Position numbers and translations under genes: made by a program. The notes under the pieces were generated by a model. The model saw nothing but the letters and a program-made list of their open reading frames with translations. It made no database searches and was not told the DNA's origin. A DNA stretch of 64,000 nucleotides from Candidatus Latescibacterota bacterium. Lineage in GTDB: Bacteria > Latescibacterota > UBA2968. Below, one piece after another: positions 10,307 to 21,634 of this stretch; position 1 is the first letter of the stretch; each line of letters opens with the position of its first letter. Location of the stretch: NCBI GenBank assembly GCA_965198115.1, contig OZ240241.1, positions 1,344,001-1,408,000 on the forward strand. The letters are read 5' to 3'.

Positions 10307-11177
10307 TCAGTTCTTGATGTACAACTGCTCGTGGAAAACGGGCCTACTCCATCCCCGATAGGCGCTCGCCGTGGTACTCTCTTTGGGAACGTTCCCGAGT
10401 CGTGTGTTCGATCCCCAAACGTTGTAGGCATGGGTGATACTTCGCGAAATAGTGCTTCGGCAGGGCCGCAGGATACCCCATCGCAAGCGTTTTCAGAATC
10501 TGCCCCAGCGGCCTATCGTGCCGAAAGCGAATCGTATACGCGTCCACCTGCTCCATTCGGATAGGTTTGCCATCGACCAGCCACTGGTTAGGGAAGAGCG
10601 GTGAGCTACGCGCATCCGCATCGAGCGTCATATCCCGATACCAGAAGAGGATGTCATCCGTCGTGAACGGTACGCCGTCCGACCACTTCACGCCTTTCCG
10701 GATTCGAACGATCGCCGTCCTGCCCCCGTCCTGGAATTCGTAGCTCTCGGCCAGATTGAGCAGCACGCGGCGCGGAAGCGGCTGCTCGAAGCCCATAATG
10801 TTCTCACCGATCGTCTTGCTCACGCCCGGCGTCTGAACGACATCGCCCGTTAGGGCTCTGCGGATTGTTCCGCCATACCGGCCGATTTCGTCCATCGGTA
10901 CGACAACGAGCGGTTCTTCGGGGAGTCTCTGGCTTACGGCAGGGAGCTCACCAGCGCGCACTCTCACGGCAAGCACTGGCGCCTCCCTGAACGACCTGTT
11001 CGCGAGGATGGAAGGATCGAGCTGTAGGGGAGCCTTCGTCTTCCGTAAAACGTGGGAAGCTGTTGTAACCGTGCGTTCATCACTCTCGGTCACAGGATCG
11101 GATGTCAGACACGCCGAAAGACACAGCAAGAGCAGGAAGCAAGTCCTTTCAGGCCTTGGCGGTATCCTTACCCACAT
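10307..11177 (-). pseudogene. ABC transporter substrate-binding lipoprotein (family 5), internally deleted
   Basis: Lipobox LSAC, EAPVLA..V.AGELPAVSQRLPEEP, GRYGG, RKGVKWSDG.PFT.DD; joined out of frame near 10430 to a C-terminal-type segment LGNVPK...FHEQLYIKN*. Confidence 0.8.
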
Positions 11178-11305
11178 CAGGATGCGGCGTGAAATCACGT
11201 GGAGATATCTGGCCTGAAACGTTTGGCTATCCAAGCGACGCGTCTCCTCGAATGTTTCCGGGGTTCCTGACGCCTGAACCCTAAACACTGACAACTTCCT
11301 TCCCG

Positions 11306-12104
11306 TCAGCCGAACCGCCCCGTGTTCTCCTCATCGTAGTACTTATTGATGCCCGGCACATCGCGCATCCCGTGCCAGACGCCCCTGAAGAGCGACTGAC
11401 GCAACGGCGGCATCGCGTCGATCACAGCCTGCGGTGGACAGGCCTTTCCCCACTTCGCAGTCACCGTGTTGTAGCAAGTGAATAAGCAGAGCCGATCGCG
11501 CTCTTCGTTAACCCATTGCGTCCCGGTATGGCACAACGCTTCGGTGAACACGACGGCCGACCCGGCCGGACACGTATACGTTTCCCACAGGTCGCTCTCA
11601 CGACCCGACAAAGACTCTGGACGCGGAAACGCCGCTTTGTGACTACCTGACAGGAACATCGTCACGCCATCCCCTTCTTCAACCTCGTTCAACTCCCAGA
11701 CAACGCGCGTGAGACCCGAATGCACCTGCTCGGGCAACATCTGGTACTTGTGTGAGTTGCCGCCGAAGTTGAAGAAGCCACCCCCACCGTGTGGATTGAA
11801 GTTGTCGTGTCCTGCCGGCCGATGGCTCGTGTAGGTGTGATCGAACCGAAAACCGTAGCACTCCTCAGTCGCCAGAGGTTGATGGGAGAGGATCTCGTTC
11901 AAAGACCCCGGCGACGACCGGATGGTCGAGCAAAACTTGGGAGGGCCCGCCGTGATTGTCCTGTTCCTCGAGGGGTAGCGTGTCCCGATCGTTCAGAAAC
12001 GCCATCTGGTGCTCACGGATCGGCCCGAGCTGCTCTTCGCTGAGCAAACTGGGCAACGCAATCCATCCTTTCAGATCGAACTGATACTTCTGCTCGTCCG
12101 TCAT
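11306..12104 (-). pseudogene. PhyH-like Fe(II)/2OG oxygenase, frameshifted near 11905
   Basis: EQKYQFDLKGW...HPVVAG / NEIL...FRFDH...PHGGG...GSHKA...TEALCHTG; one extra base in a short homopolymer (possible sequencing error). Confidence 0.8.
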
Positions 12105-12191
12105 CGGGATGATCGGCAGTCCGTCTGAGTTCTTGTTGGGTAATATCTTACCTCAAATGTGTTCAGAGATGTCCGGCTCGTAGGATCACAG

Positions 12192-13565
12192 GAGCTATAA
12201 TCAAAAGGTGTGGAAAAAGAGAAAGGGCGACCCTACCCTTCCCGTGAGATAGTTGATTCACACAAAACCGGGTGAGAGGCCCGGTTGGGAAGGAGGATCG
12301 CCGTGAAGGAACATACGCATAGAACCCCATTGAAGTCCATGCCGACGTGGGAGACGGTTGACGATTGGATCCGTGAAGAGATCCAGGGCCGGTTCCAGTC
12401 CATTCTGGAGGAGGAGGCGACCGCGTTCTTGGGCCGGTCGTGGTATGAGCGCCGAGCCGAGGTCGATAGCTCCAGGGGCTACAGGAACGGCTACGGCAAG
12501 CCCCGGCGTCTCTCGACGAGCTGCGGAACGATCAAGGTCCGGCGTCCCCGGGTTCGTGGTCTGGAAGAGCGGTTTGAAAGCCGCATCCTCCCCCTGTTCG
12601 CCCGGAGAACCAGGGCCATTGGAGATCTGCTTCCCGACCTTTATCTCCACGGTCTCTCCCAGGGCGACTTCGAGTTGTCTTTGCGTGCGCTGCTCGGTGA
12701 TGGCGCGCCGCTTTCGCCGACCTCGATCGCTCGTCTTCGAGGGAAGTGGGAGGTCGACTTCCAGGACTGGAAAGAAAGGCGTCTGGATAATCGCGAACTG
12801 GTCTACGCCTGGGCTGATGGCATCTACGTCAAAGCCGGGCTCGAGCGCGAGAAGGCGTGTCTGCTGGTCGTGATCGGCGCGATGAGCGACGGCAGCAAGG
12901 AAATCCTGGCGATAGAACCCGGTTATCGAGAGTCTACAGAATCCTGGCTCACGGTGCTCCGGGATCTCCGGGATCGCGGGCTCGAACATCCTGTCCTGAT
13001 CGCCGCGGACGGGAATATGGGCATCTGGGCGGCCGTTGATCAGGTCTGGCCAGAGAGCCGGCAACAACGGTGCTGGAACCACAAGATCCTCAACGTGCTC
13101 GACAAGGTCGCCAAGCGTGCACAGGCTGAAGCCCGCGCACTGCTCGTCCAGATCCCCTATGCCGGCACGAAAAAGGAGGCCGAGAAGCTCCGGAAACGCT
13201 TTGCCGCACGGTATCGCTCACAGTTCCCTGCCGCCGTGGAGACGCTCGAAAGAGACTGGGATCGGATGGTCACGTTCTACGACTTCCCGAAGGAACACTG
13301 GAAACACCTGAGAACCACGAACGTCGTCGAGAGCCCCTTTGCTTCCGTTCGGCTTCGCACAAACGCCGCCAGGCGATTCAAGAAAGTCAGGAACGCCACG
13401 ACTCTCATCTGGCGTACGCTCAAGGTCGCAGAGAGCCGATTCAGGAAACTCACCGCGCCACACTTGCTACAACAAGTCTACGATCAGAAACACTCAACCG
13501 AACCGCAGGTCGAAGCCGGGAAGATGGCCGCCTGATTTCTTTTACACACCTATTGACCTGAACTC
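12192..13565 (+). mobile_element. IS256-family element A, copy 1 (1374 bp)
   Basis: IRs GAGCTATAATCAAAAGGTGTGG / GAGTTCAGGTCAATAGGTGTGT; 8-bp target duplication GATCACAG. Confidence 0.95.
12303..13535 (+). CDS. IS256-family DDE transposase
   Basis: YRNGY, WADG, ADG, QRCWNH, RTTNVVES; GTG after GGAGG. Confidence 0.93.
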   Translation: MKEHTHRTPLKSMPTWETVDDWIREEIQGRFQSILEEEATAFLGRSWYERRAEVDSSRGYRNGYGKPRRLSTSCGTIKVRRPRVRGLEERFESRILPLFARRTRAIGDLLPDLYLHGLSQGDFELSLRALLGDGAPLSPTSIARLRGKWEVDFQDWKERRLDNRELVYAWADGIYVKAGLEREKACLLVVIGAMSDGSKEILAIEPGYRESTESWLTVLRDLRDRGLEHPVLIAADGNMGIWAAVDQVWPESRQQRCWNHKILNVLDKVAKRAQAEARALLVQIPYAGTKKEAEKLRKRFAARYRSQFPAAVETLERDWDRMVTFYDFPKEHWKHLRTTNVVESPFASVRLRTNAARRFKKVRNATTLIWRTLKVAESRFRKLTAPHLLQQVYDQKHSTEPQVEAGKMAA

Positions 13566-13663
13566 GATCACAGCATGCTGTGACCCTACCCTTCTCTAAT
13601 GCGTGGGTATCATTCGATGTGATTGTTTCCTGAACACCGAACTCTGAATTCTAAGCACTTGCT

Positions 13664-14427
13664 TCATCCCGCAGTGACCGATAGTCCGCCATCAACCATC
13701 AGCGCCTGTCCCGTGATGTTCGAAGCATCCTCGCTGGCCAGAAAATAGACCGCTGACGCAAGCTGATGCGGTTCGGCGGGCTTTCCCAGCAGCCCGTAGC
13801 CCTCGTTTCTCGCCCTCAGCTCCTCCGGCGACACACCACGTTTCACCGCGTTCCGTTCGTGGAAATCCGTCATCGTGTAGCCAGGACATACCGCGTTGAC
13901 ACGTATCCCGTCTACGCCGTGTGCGACCGCCAGACTCTGTGCGAACGACACGACGCCAGCTTTGGTGGCATCGTAGAGCGGCATACCCGCCCGCCCCACC
14001 TTCGCGTTGGCCGACGAAATGATGACAATCGAGCCGGACTGCTGTTCGATCATCGCAGGCAGGACGGCTTTGCAACAGTACGCCACACCTTTGAGGTTCA
14101 CGTTGACGATTCCCAATCTTCATCGGTCGCGTCCAGGATGCTGCCGCGCACTCGAGCCCCTGCGTTCGCCACGAGCACGTCGATGCGGCCCCACATCTCA
14201 TTGGCCTTTCCTGCCCAGGCCACGACATCGGACTCATCTGCGACGTTTCCCGAAAGGAACAGAACGTCTCCTCCCTCCACCCTGAGCAATTCGCACGTCT
14301 CCTCCCCATCCTCGACGGACATATCCCCGATCAGCACGCGATACCCTTCCTTCACGAACCGACGCGCACAAGCCTTCCCGATTCCCGCACCCCCACCTGT
14401 AATAAGCGCGACTGGGCCATCCGTCAT
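13664..14427 (-). pseudogene. SDR-family oxidoreductase, frameshifted near 14112
   Basis: ALITGGGAGIG, LVANAG, NLKG, YDATK, IRVNAVCPG, VDGG split over two frames. Confidence 0.88.
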
Positions 14428-14514
14428 CCGACTCTCTCCTGCCTCCCGAACTTTGCCTGCCCTGAGTAGCGGCCACGGGCCGCGTATCGAAGGGAACACC
14501 GAACACTGCTCTTC

Positions 14515-15849
14515 CTACAGCCACTCCCCGTCGTGCCACAGATACGCTCGGCCTCGGTTGTTCCCGAACGTGCCATCTCTGTCTTTCGTCAGGCTTCCAC
14601 CTTGCCATCCGAAGAAGGTCAGATAGCCGTTCAGCGGCTCACCGGACGACCGCATCACGAGCTTCGGGTTGTTACAGATCATTCCTTCACCCGGGACAAG
14701 CGATTCCGCATAAGACCAGGATGACCCGTCGTCCGTCGATGCCCAGACCTCCAAGGTGCCGCCACCATAGGGCAGACTACTACCGTCGTGGTCGCCCGTC
14801 GCGACGATGGCGGTCACTTCGCCCGCCTTCCCGCGAATCAGCAGGTTACCATCCCACGTACTGTTGAGCGGCGCCACCGACGTAGTCACCCACTCATCGT
14901 TGACACGTCGGACGTACTCGTGGTGTCCCCTCCACGGACCTTCGTTTCCAGACGCAGGCAGAAGGAAACAGGGATTGCCCACGTCGTCATTCGCCATCGC
15001 CGGCGGATTCGTCATTCGCCAACCTGTATCGACGATCTTGAGCCGTTCCGCGGCGCTCCGGTTGACTGGCAGGTGGAGGAACTCGCCCTCGAACGATCTG
15101 AGTCCGCCGGAATCGAAATCAAGATGGGCGTAGTGAAGGTGATGACGTCCGTTGGTATGAATCACCTGATTGTAGAGTGGATTGATCGCGTGCTTCGAGT
15201 GTTTCCGGACGCCCACCTGCTCGTCTAAGTAAACGAACCCGATGTGGAGTCCCGTCCCATCCGCGTCCAACTCAGCACTCTCGTAGCTACCTGCCCAGAG
15301 GTCTTTGTTGCTTTGGGGATTCTGATCGAAGTCGATCAGTGGTTTCGAATCTATCCACGTAAAGCCGCCATCTTCCGTCAGTCGAAAGGTCCAATAGCCC
15401 ATATGGCCGAACGTGCGTGAGTACATCAAGTGCCTGCCGTCCTTCAATGCGTAGACCCGGGGATAGCTGATCGATGGCGCAACCTCGGGAGCCTCTTTCC
15501 ACCGATCGATCGTTTCTGGTTTTTCAGATACGATGTGCGTGCTCGTCCTTCCGTGGCAGTTGTAGAGCACGTGGAGGTATGCCTCAGCGTCGAACCACAG
15601 AACAGGCGCGAAGTGATGGTCGTAGTGGGAGACTCGACCGATCTGGTGGGAATCAGACCACGTCCTCGATGCGATGTCATAGGACCGAATGTGTGGATGG
15701 CCTTCGGGCCCTTCCTTGCCTCCGTGATAGACGCAGTAGATGACGCCTTCGTGTTCGACTGCCTGGGGTCCCATTCGAACATCGTAGATCATCTTCTCGC
15801 AACCGTAGTCGGCGTAGGGCACAGCGGTTTTAACCTCAGTCTGACTCAT
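14515..15849 (-). CDS. BNR-4 repeat / beta-propeller protein
   Basis: DHHFAPVL, SYPR, TEDGGFTW and STDDGSSW Asp-box-like motifs; 444 aa. Confidence 0.75.
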   Translation of the reverse strand: MSQTEVKTAVPYADYGCEKMIYDVRMGPQAVEHEGVIYCVYHGGKEGPEGHPHIRSYDIASRTWSDSHQIGRVSHYDHHFAPVLWFDAEAYLHVLYNCHGRTSTHIVSEKPETIDRWKEAPEVAPSISYPRVYALKDGRHLMYSRTFGHMGYWTFRLTEDGGFTWIDSKPLIDFDQNPQSNKDLWAGSYESAELDADGTGLHIGFVYLDEQVGVRKHSKHAINPLYNQVIHTNGRHHLHYAHLDFDSGGLRSFEGEFLHLPVNRSAAERLKIVDTGWRMTNPPAMANDDVGNPCFLLPASGNEGPWRGHHEYVRRVNDEWVTTSVAPLNSTWDGNLLIRGKAGEVTAIVATGDHDGSSLPYGGGTLEVWASTDDGSSWSYAESLVPGEGMICNNPKLVMRSSGEPLNGYLTFFGWQGGSLTKDRDGTFGNNRGRAYLWHDGEWL

Positions 15850-16014
15850 TCCAGACCCTCATAGGCTGATGACCAACCCATTGGCGAATCTCGTTCCCGG
15901 ATCGTATGCTGGCTGTTCAAGAAACAACCCGATTCCCATCCCGTCGAGTCCGGAATCGGACGCACCCGGTGGATTCGGAGCTCGAGCTCGTGTTCAAACA
16001 GGAAAGGAAGCGCT

Positions 16015-16803
16015 ATGCTGCCGAACACTTTCCACATCGGGGCCGCGAAGTGTGCATCGACGTGGCTCTACCACGCCTGTCTGGAGCACCCCGACATCTA
16101 CAGCCCACCCGACAACGACAACTTGAACTTCTTCCTCGTTCACTATCACCGCGGTCTGGATTGGTACGAGTCCCATTACTTTGGCAACTGGGCGGAGGAA
16201 CAAGCGGTCATAGACTTCAGCAACTCCTACATGCTCTCCGACATCGCCCTCGGTCGAATCGCGCGGGATGTCCCCGACGCCCGCTTTTCGTGCATTGTCA
16301 GAAATCCGATCGACCGTGCCTATCTGCATTGGGCGCATTCATTCTACAAGAGCTCACGTCCTCCGGCGGATCCTGCCACGGACAGCGGAAACCCCCTGGA
16401 CGCGGCTGTCGACCGGCCTTCGGGGCGAATCTTTGCCATACCGCTCGAAGTCGTTCGTCATCCAAATGGTTGGGTCTGGAGTCGCCTGTGGCTGGAACCC
16501 GGTCTCTACGCGGCCGCCATCAAGCGAGTGCACGCACGCTTCCCAGCTGAATCCCTCCGTGTCTTCCTCTACGACGATCTCGTGGACAGCCCCGATGACT
16601 TCATCTCCTCCTACTTCGGCTTCCTCGAAATCGATGTCGCGTTCAAACCCTCTTGCCTGAACAAGAACATCAATCCCGACACCGAGGAAACAGACCCCGA
16701 TAACTTGAGCGCAGACCTACGGGAAGAGTTGAAATCCTTCTTTCGAAACGACATCGAAGAACTCCAGCAGATCCTGAACCGCGATCTGTCGACCTGGCTG
16801 TAG
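16015..16803 (+). CDS. PAPS-dependent sulfotransferase
   Basis: LPNTFHIGAAKCASTWL (5'-PSB loop), VRNPIDRAY (3'-PB), FLYDDL. Confidence 0.9.
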   Translation: MLPNTFHIGAAKCASTWLYHACLEHPDIYSPPDNDNLNFFLVHYHRGLDWYESHYFGNWAEEQAVIDFSNSYMLSDIALGRIARDVPDARFSCIVRNPIDRAYLHWAHSFYKSSRPPADPATDSGNPLDAAVDRPSGRIFAIPLEVVRHPNGWVWSRLWLEPGLYAAAIKRVHARFPAESLRVFLYDDLVDSPDDFISSYFGFLEIDVAFKPSCLNKNINPDTEETDPDNLSADLREELKSFFRNDIEELQQILNRDLSTWL

Positions 16804-16939
16804 TCAGAGGTCGCTTCACAACGTGCGTGCTACCGATCCTCTGACCTCCGACTCCTTGTCTTGACCGGCGTCCCAACGACAAACGTCGCGATCACCATTT
16901 GGAGACCGCGACGTTGCCGTGATTGACGTGGTGATGGAC

Positions 16940-17785
16940 TCAGGCTTTGACCTGGGCAGAACCGACGATCGTGTGGTCGGAAGTCTCCGTTCCTTCGTTG
17001 TCGCGAAATCCGGAGACGATGATGTTGGTCTTCCGCTCCTGGATGTTTTCCATGTCGATCCAGTGGGGATCGTCCTCTGCGCGCCCGATCGGCTGTAGAG
17101 CCGTGCTGTGGTAACCGAATCGAACCGACTTCCGCCACACGTCCGTCCTGTTGCAATCGGACCAGTGAATCGTTTGGTAGCTGAAGAAAATCACATCTCC
17201 CACCTTTGCAGGGATCTCGACGGACTCCAGTTTGTCCGGGTGATACTTTTCGGGCGGCAGATGCGGGGCCGTGTCGGCACCGAGGTTGTGAACGAGGGGG
17301 CCGAGCTTGTGACTTCCAGGTACGACGCGAAGACAGCCGCTTTCCGGCGGCGTGTCGTCGAGGTGAAGGAGGCAATCCACGAAGTCGGGTCCGTCGTGTG
17401 GATAGAACGGGAAGTCCTGGTGCATCGGAAAAGGCGTCCCCAGCTCGGGCGGCTTAGCGTGAAGAACCGTGTGATGCCACTGGATCGCACCGTCCACGAG
17501 ATCTTGCACGGCACCTGTCAGCCTTTCATGGAAGATCACGCGCCCCCACGCTGCCGAATAAAAGTGGGGATTGTGCATGAACACGGCTTTGGTGTTCAAC
17601 CGCTCCTCTTCGGGTAGGTAGCGGTCGCGCCAGTAGCCACGCCACCCGATCGTCTCCTGACCCCACTGTTCGATGACCCGAACCATGTCGGATGCGAGTT
17701 CCGAGGTCTCCGCCTCGGTGAACAGTCCGGACACCTTCACGTATCCGTCCTCGCGATAGACATCGATATCTCTTTGATCCAGCAC
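16940..17785 (-). CDS. Phytanoyl-CoA dioxygenase (PhyH) family protein, canonical HxD
   Basis: YREDGY, KPP, MHQD, GCLRVVPGSH, GDVIFF...TIHWS..N. Confidence 0.92.
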   Translation of the reverse strand: MLDQRDIDVYREDGYVKVSGLFTEAETSELASDMVRVIEQWGQETIGWRGYWRDRYLPEEERLNTKAVFMHNPHFYSAAWGRVIFHERLTGAVQDLVDGAIQWHHTVLHAKPPELGTPFPMHQDFPFYPHDGPDFVDCLLHLDDTPPESGCLRVVPGSHKLGPLVHNLGADTAPHLPPEKYHPDKLESVEIPAKVGDVIFFSYQTIHWSDCNRTDVWRKSVRFGYHSTALQPIGRAEDDPHWIDMENIQERKTNIIVSGFRDNEGTETSDHTIVGSAQVKA

Positions 17786-17811
17786 GCTACACCTCCCGTT
17801 TCAACATGATC

Positions 17812-19192
17812 CTACTGTCGTTTGAAGACGAATCCGCCAAGAACGTAGCTAACCACCCTACCGCCTTCGGCAAAGGAGAAAATGGCTCGCTCTCCCGCTC
17901 CCCTTCCGCCCAGCACCCGCCACGCGTCATCACGATCGGTCGGGGCGAGTTCCGCGGGTGCGTGTAGAGAATAACCCGCGTGAGCAGGAACGACAAGCCG
18001 CAGGGCGCCGTCCTTGTAGACGATCTCGACATCGATCCCTGGCTCGGCCCTGTAAGTGCCTAGAAATCTTCTCAGTGCATCAGGCGTTTCCTGAGACACT
18101 TCGAGATTAAGCGCCACTGGTCTGTCCACACCCACCAGAAGTTCCATCACCTCTCCGGTGACTTCCGAACCAACCGGCGCGGGCCAGAGGTTCATGAACA
18201 TGACCAGGCCCACCCGCCTTGGTACGTTGAACCACACCTGGGTGGAAAACCCGTGGATGCCCCCGCCGTGCTGATGTAAGACGTGCTCGCCCATTCGAAC
18301 AGCCCTCCAACCAAGGCACTGACCCGATGACCAGTCGGGCGTCACATACTGTGGACGCTGGATCTCAGCAAGGGTTTTGCCCGACAGAACCTGGTCACCG
18401 CCCCGGGGACCCCCATCCAGGCGAAACTGAAATGCGGTCCACTTCGCAAGATCCGAGACGGTCGAATGCATCTGCCCGGCTGAGATAAGCCCGTTCAGGT
18501 GTGCATATGGAGCGACGGAAGGCCGATCTTCGAAGCGCGAGGGATTGTAACCTGTCAGAAAACGACGTCGAAGCACGTCATCCAGGTCGAACACCGTCGA
18601 CGAAAGTTCCAGGGGATCCAACAGGTTGTCCTGTATGTAGTCCGCGTATGGGACGCCGCTCACACGATGGATGACTTCACCGAGCAGGCCGTAGGCCAAG
18701 TTCGAGTACTTCCACTCGGAATCCTGTGGAATCACGATCTCCGTCTCGGGCAGGTGTTCGAGAATCTGCTCGATCGTTGGAAAGGCGAGAGCATCCCAGC
18801 TTGGAGTCGGTGGCTCGGTCATAAGCCCGGAGTGATGCGTCAAGAGCCGGCGGAGGGTGACATCTTCGACTCGGCCGGCACGACCACACCGCGCTCTCGA
18901 ACTCCGGAATGTGTGCAGTCAGTGGGTCGTTCAGACCGAGACGCCCCTCGTCCCGCAGCTGGAGGATCGCACTGGCCGTGAACGTCTTCGTCACAGACGC
19001 CACACGTGCAATAGAGTCGACGGTCGGCGCGTGCGTCTGATCCAGGTCGGCTCGACCGAATCCCTTGAACCACAGGAGACCCTCCTCGCCCACGATCCCG
19101 AGCGCGACGCCGGGTATGCTTCGCTCAGACAGTCGTGACATCACGATTTCTTCGATATGATCGGTCTGATCGTCTGTCAGCGCGTCGGTCAT
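17812..19192 (-). pseudogene. Serine hydrolase (beta-lactamase family), frameshifted near 18880
   Basis: IPGVALGIV, SVTK (SxxK), LLTHHSGL, YSN, HGGG split over two frames. Confidence 0.88.
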
Positions 19193-19510
19193 GTCTTCCT
19201 GTGTTTCCCCATTCGACTGAACAGCCTCTCTCGGCGGCAGATCACAGCAAGATCAAGTATGTTGCCTGGTCGAACCGAAATCAACGGTTGTGACGCCGGT
19301 CATTCATCGATGTAATCTGGATCGGATCAGTTATGGCCTTGGTGTGGATCTCGGCAGTCTGTATAATATTGAATTGCTCGGATATCACGCGTGGCTTGCA
19401 GAATGTTGGCGCGTGGATAAGCGCGATTCGTGGGCCCGGGAAACGGCATCGACCAAACGTGGTGCCTTTTTCCGCACGGGCTCGACAGACGGACTCTCGG
19501 AGGAGCGGGG

Positions 19511-19882
19511 ATGCCTCGCGTGTTGCTGGTAGAAGACGATGCGATGAATCGGGACATGCTCTCCCGTCGCCTTGCCCGTCGGAAATTTGAGGTAATCATG
19601 GCCGAAGACGGGGAAGAGGCGGTTAACCTGGCACGGCAGGAATCCCCCGATCTGATCCTCATGGACATCAGCTTACCTAAGATGGATGGTCTCGAGGCCA
19701 CGCGCATCCTGAAAGGCTCACCAGACACTGCCTCGGTACCCATCTTGGCCCTCACCGCACACGCCATGGCATCCGACCGCGACCGAGCGCTCGAAGCCGG
19801 TTGCGACGACTACGACACAAAGCCCATCGAACTGTCGCGACTCTTAGAGAAGATCGATGCGCTGTTGGGGAACGACACGTGA
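19511..19882 (+). CDS. Single-domain response regulator (DivK-like)
   Basis: VLLVEDD, LILMDISLP.MDG, ALTAHAM, GCDDYDTKP. Confidence 0.93.
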   Translation: MPRVLLVEDDAMNRDMLSRRLARRKFEVIMAEDGEEAVNLARQESPDLILMDISLPKMDGLEATRILKGSPDTASVPILALTAHAMASDRDRALEAGCDDYDTKPIELSRLLEKIDALLGNDT

Positions 19883-20382
19883 GTGAACGATTGTCCGACG
19901 AAGACTTCGACAAGAAGCTCTCCGAAATCCGCCACTCGCTGAAGAATCCGCTGAACTCGATCCTCGGCTACGCGGAAATGTTGGCAGACGACGCACGCGA
20001 CGACGGCAACACGTCTCTCGCTGAAGACCTCGGCACGATCGCAAGTTCGGCGCGCCGGGCAGCCGATCTCATCGACGACCTGGTCAACCGGGAGCAGTTC
20101 GTCCCGGGTGTCCGGAAGGTCGCGGTTCCGACAGAGGGCGAGGCGACCGATACTGTGCCCCAGGACATCGACGTCACCGGCCTGACTGTTCCTGAAAAGA
20201 TTTACAATCGGCTGCGCTCGGCGTCTGACAACCACAGCATCACCGACATGCGCACCGTCCTCGAAGCACTCGGGGCCGAGAGCCCGGATTTCTCAGAACT
20301 CGTCAACCATCTCCGGGCGCTCAACCAACAATACGACATGGACGCAATCCTGCAAATCCTCGATCGCATTCACCACGAGTAA
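19879..20382 (+). CDS. Histidine kinase dimerisation/phosphoacceptor (HisKA) protein lacking an ATPase domain
   Basis: H-box RHSLKNPLNSILGYAEML; no N/G1/F/G2 boxes; GTG start overlaps the upstream stop. Confidence 0.75.
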   Translation: MSERLSDEDFDKKLSEIRHSLKNPLNSILGYAEMLADDARDDGNTSLAEDLGTIASSARRAADLIDDLVNREQFVPGVRKVAVPTEGEATDTVPQDIDVTGLTVPEKIYNRLRSASDNHSITDMRTVLEALGAESPDFSELVNHLRALNQQYDMDAILQILDRIHHE

Positions 20383-20584
20383 GGCAAACGGCAATAGACC
20401 CCACCGCCGGTTCAACTAATCCTTCGCTACGTTGTCCCCCTGAAGGCCGATGTGCCCATCTCTCGCCGGGCAGCACTTCCGACCTCGTCATCTGTGTGAC
20501 TGCCAAAGTCGCTGAGATCATTTCGATCTGCCGCGAGCAGTGGCGGTAAACCCGATCTCAAACGGCTATCCCCAGGAGGGCTGC

Positions 20585-21634
20585 TTGAAGCGAGTGTTGA
20601 AATGGATCGGGGTGTCCCTGCTCATCATCCTGGTCGTGGCGAATGTCGTGGGCCGAACCATGAACGCCCCCCCGTATCGGGGTCCCGTTTCCGATCACTT
20701 CGACGGCGAGCGCTTTCACAACGTCGAACCGGTCGATCTACCCAGTGTCTGGCGGGGCATTCGGTATGCGTTGACGACGGACCACGGGCCTTGGGATGAA
20801 TGGCGCGACGTGCCCACCGCTCCGCCCCCACCCTCGCGCGTCGCCCACGACAGCCTGAAAGTCACTTACATCAACCACGCGACGACGCTGGTTCAGATGG
20901 GCGGCGTCAACATTCTCACCGATCCCACCTGGTCTGCGCGTGCAAGTCCTTTCACGTGGACGGGCCCGAAGCGTCGTCACCCACCAGGGCTGCGGTTGGA
21001 TCAGCTACCCGATATCGATGTCGTGCTGCTCAGCCACAACCACTACGACCACACGGACCTCGCAACACTCGACACGCTCTCTGCCACACACCTTCCCCTT
21101 TTCATCGTGGGCCTGGGATCGGCCGCCCTCCTCCAAAAGCGAGGGATCGGCGACATTCGCGAACTCGACTGGAACACCGAGACGACCTACCGCGGGCTTC
21201 GCTTCGTCGGGCAGCGATGTCGACACTTCTCCGGGCGAGGGATGAGCGACCGGCAGCGCACGCTGTGGATGAGCTACATCATCGAGGGCCACGCCGGAAG
21301 GGTCTATTTTTCGGGTGATACCGGCTACGGGTCGCACTTTGTCCAAACGGGTGCGCGCTTCGGCCCCATTCGTCTGGCCATCCTCCCGATCGGTGCCTAC
21401 TTGCCGAAGTGGTTCATGGGGTCCGTTCACATCGACCCCGCGGAAGCCGTGCAAGCGCATCGGGACTTGAGAGCCCAAACGAGCCTCGCCGTCCACTACG
21501 GCACGTTTCGGTTGAGCGAGGAAGGCCAGGATGACCCCGTCATCGCCCTTCGCGAAGCCTTGTCCTCAGCGACCGATATCCGGTTCTGGATCCTCCCACC
21601 GGGTGAAGGCCAATTCGCGCCCCAGATCCCTTGA
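20585..21634 (+). CDS. MBL-fold metallo-hydrolase (NAPE-PLD/RomA-like)
   Basis: N-terminal TM, SDHFDGERF, ILTDP, SHNHYDH, SGDTGY, LPIGAY, VHYGTF. Confidence 0.92.
   Translation: MKRVLKWIGVSLLIILVVANVVGRTMNAPPYRGPVSDHFDGERFHNVEPVDLPSVWRGIRYALTTDHGPWDEWRDVPTAPPPPSRVAHDSLKVTYINHATTLVQMGGVNILTDPTWSARASPFTWTGPKRRHPPGLRLDQLPDIDVVLLSHNHYDHTDLATLDTLSATHLPLFIVGLGSAALLQKRGIGDIRELDWNTETTYRGLRFVGQRCRHFSGRGMSDRQRTLWMSYIIEGHAGRVYFSGDTGYGSHFVQTGARFGPIRLAILPIGAYLPKWFMGSVHIDPAEAVQAHRDLRAQTSLAVHYGTFRLSEEGQDDPVIALREALSSATDIRFWILPPGEGQFAPQIP

Noticed and set aside
12258-13082. Conserved 274-aa antisense ORF and other overlapping ORFs in the IS copies
   Set aside because: They recur only because the IS is duplicated; long shadow ORFs are expected at this GC content.
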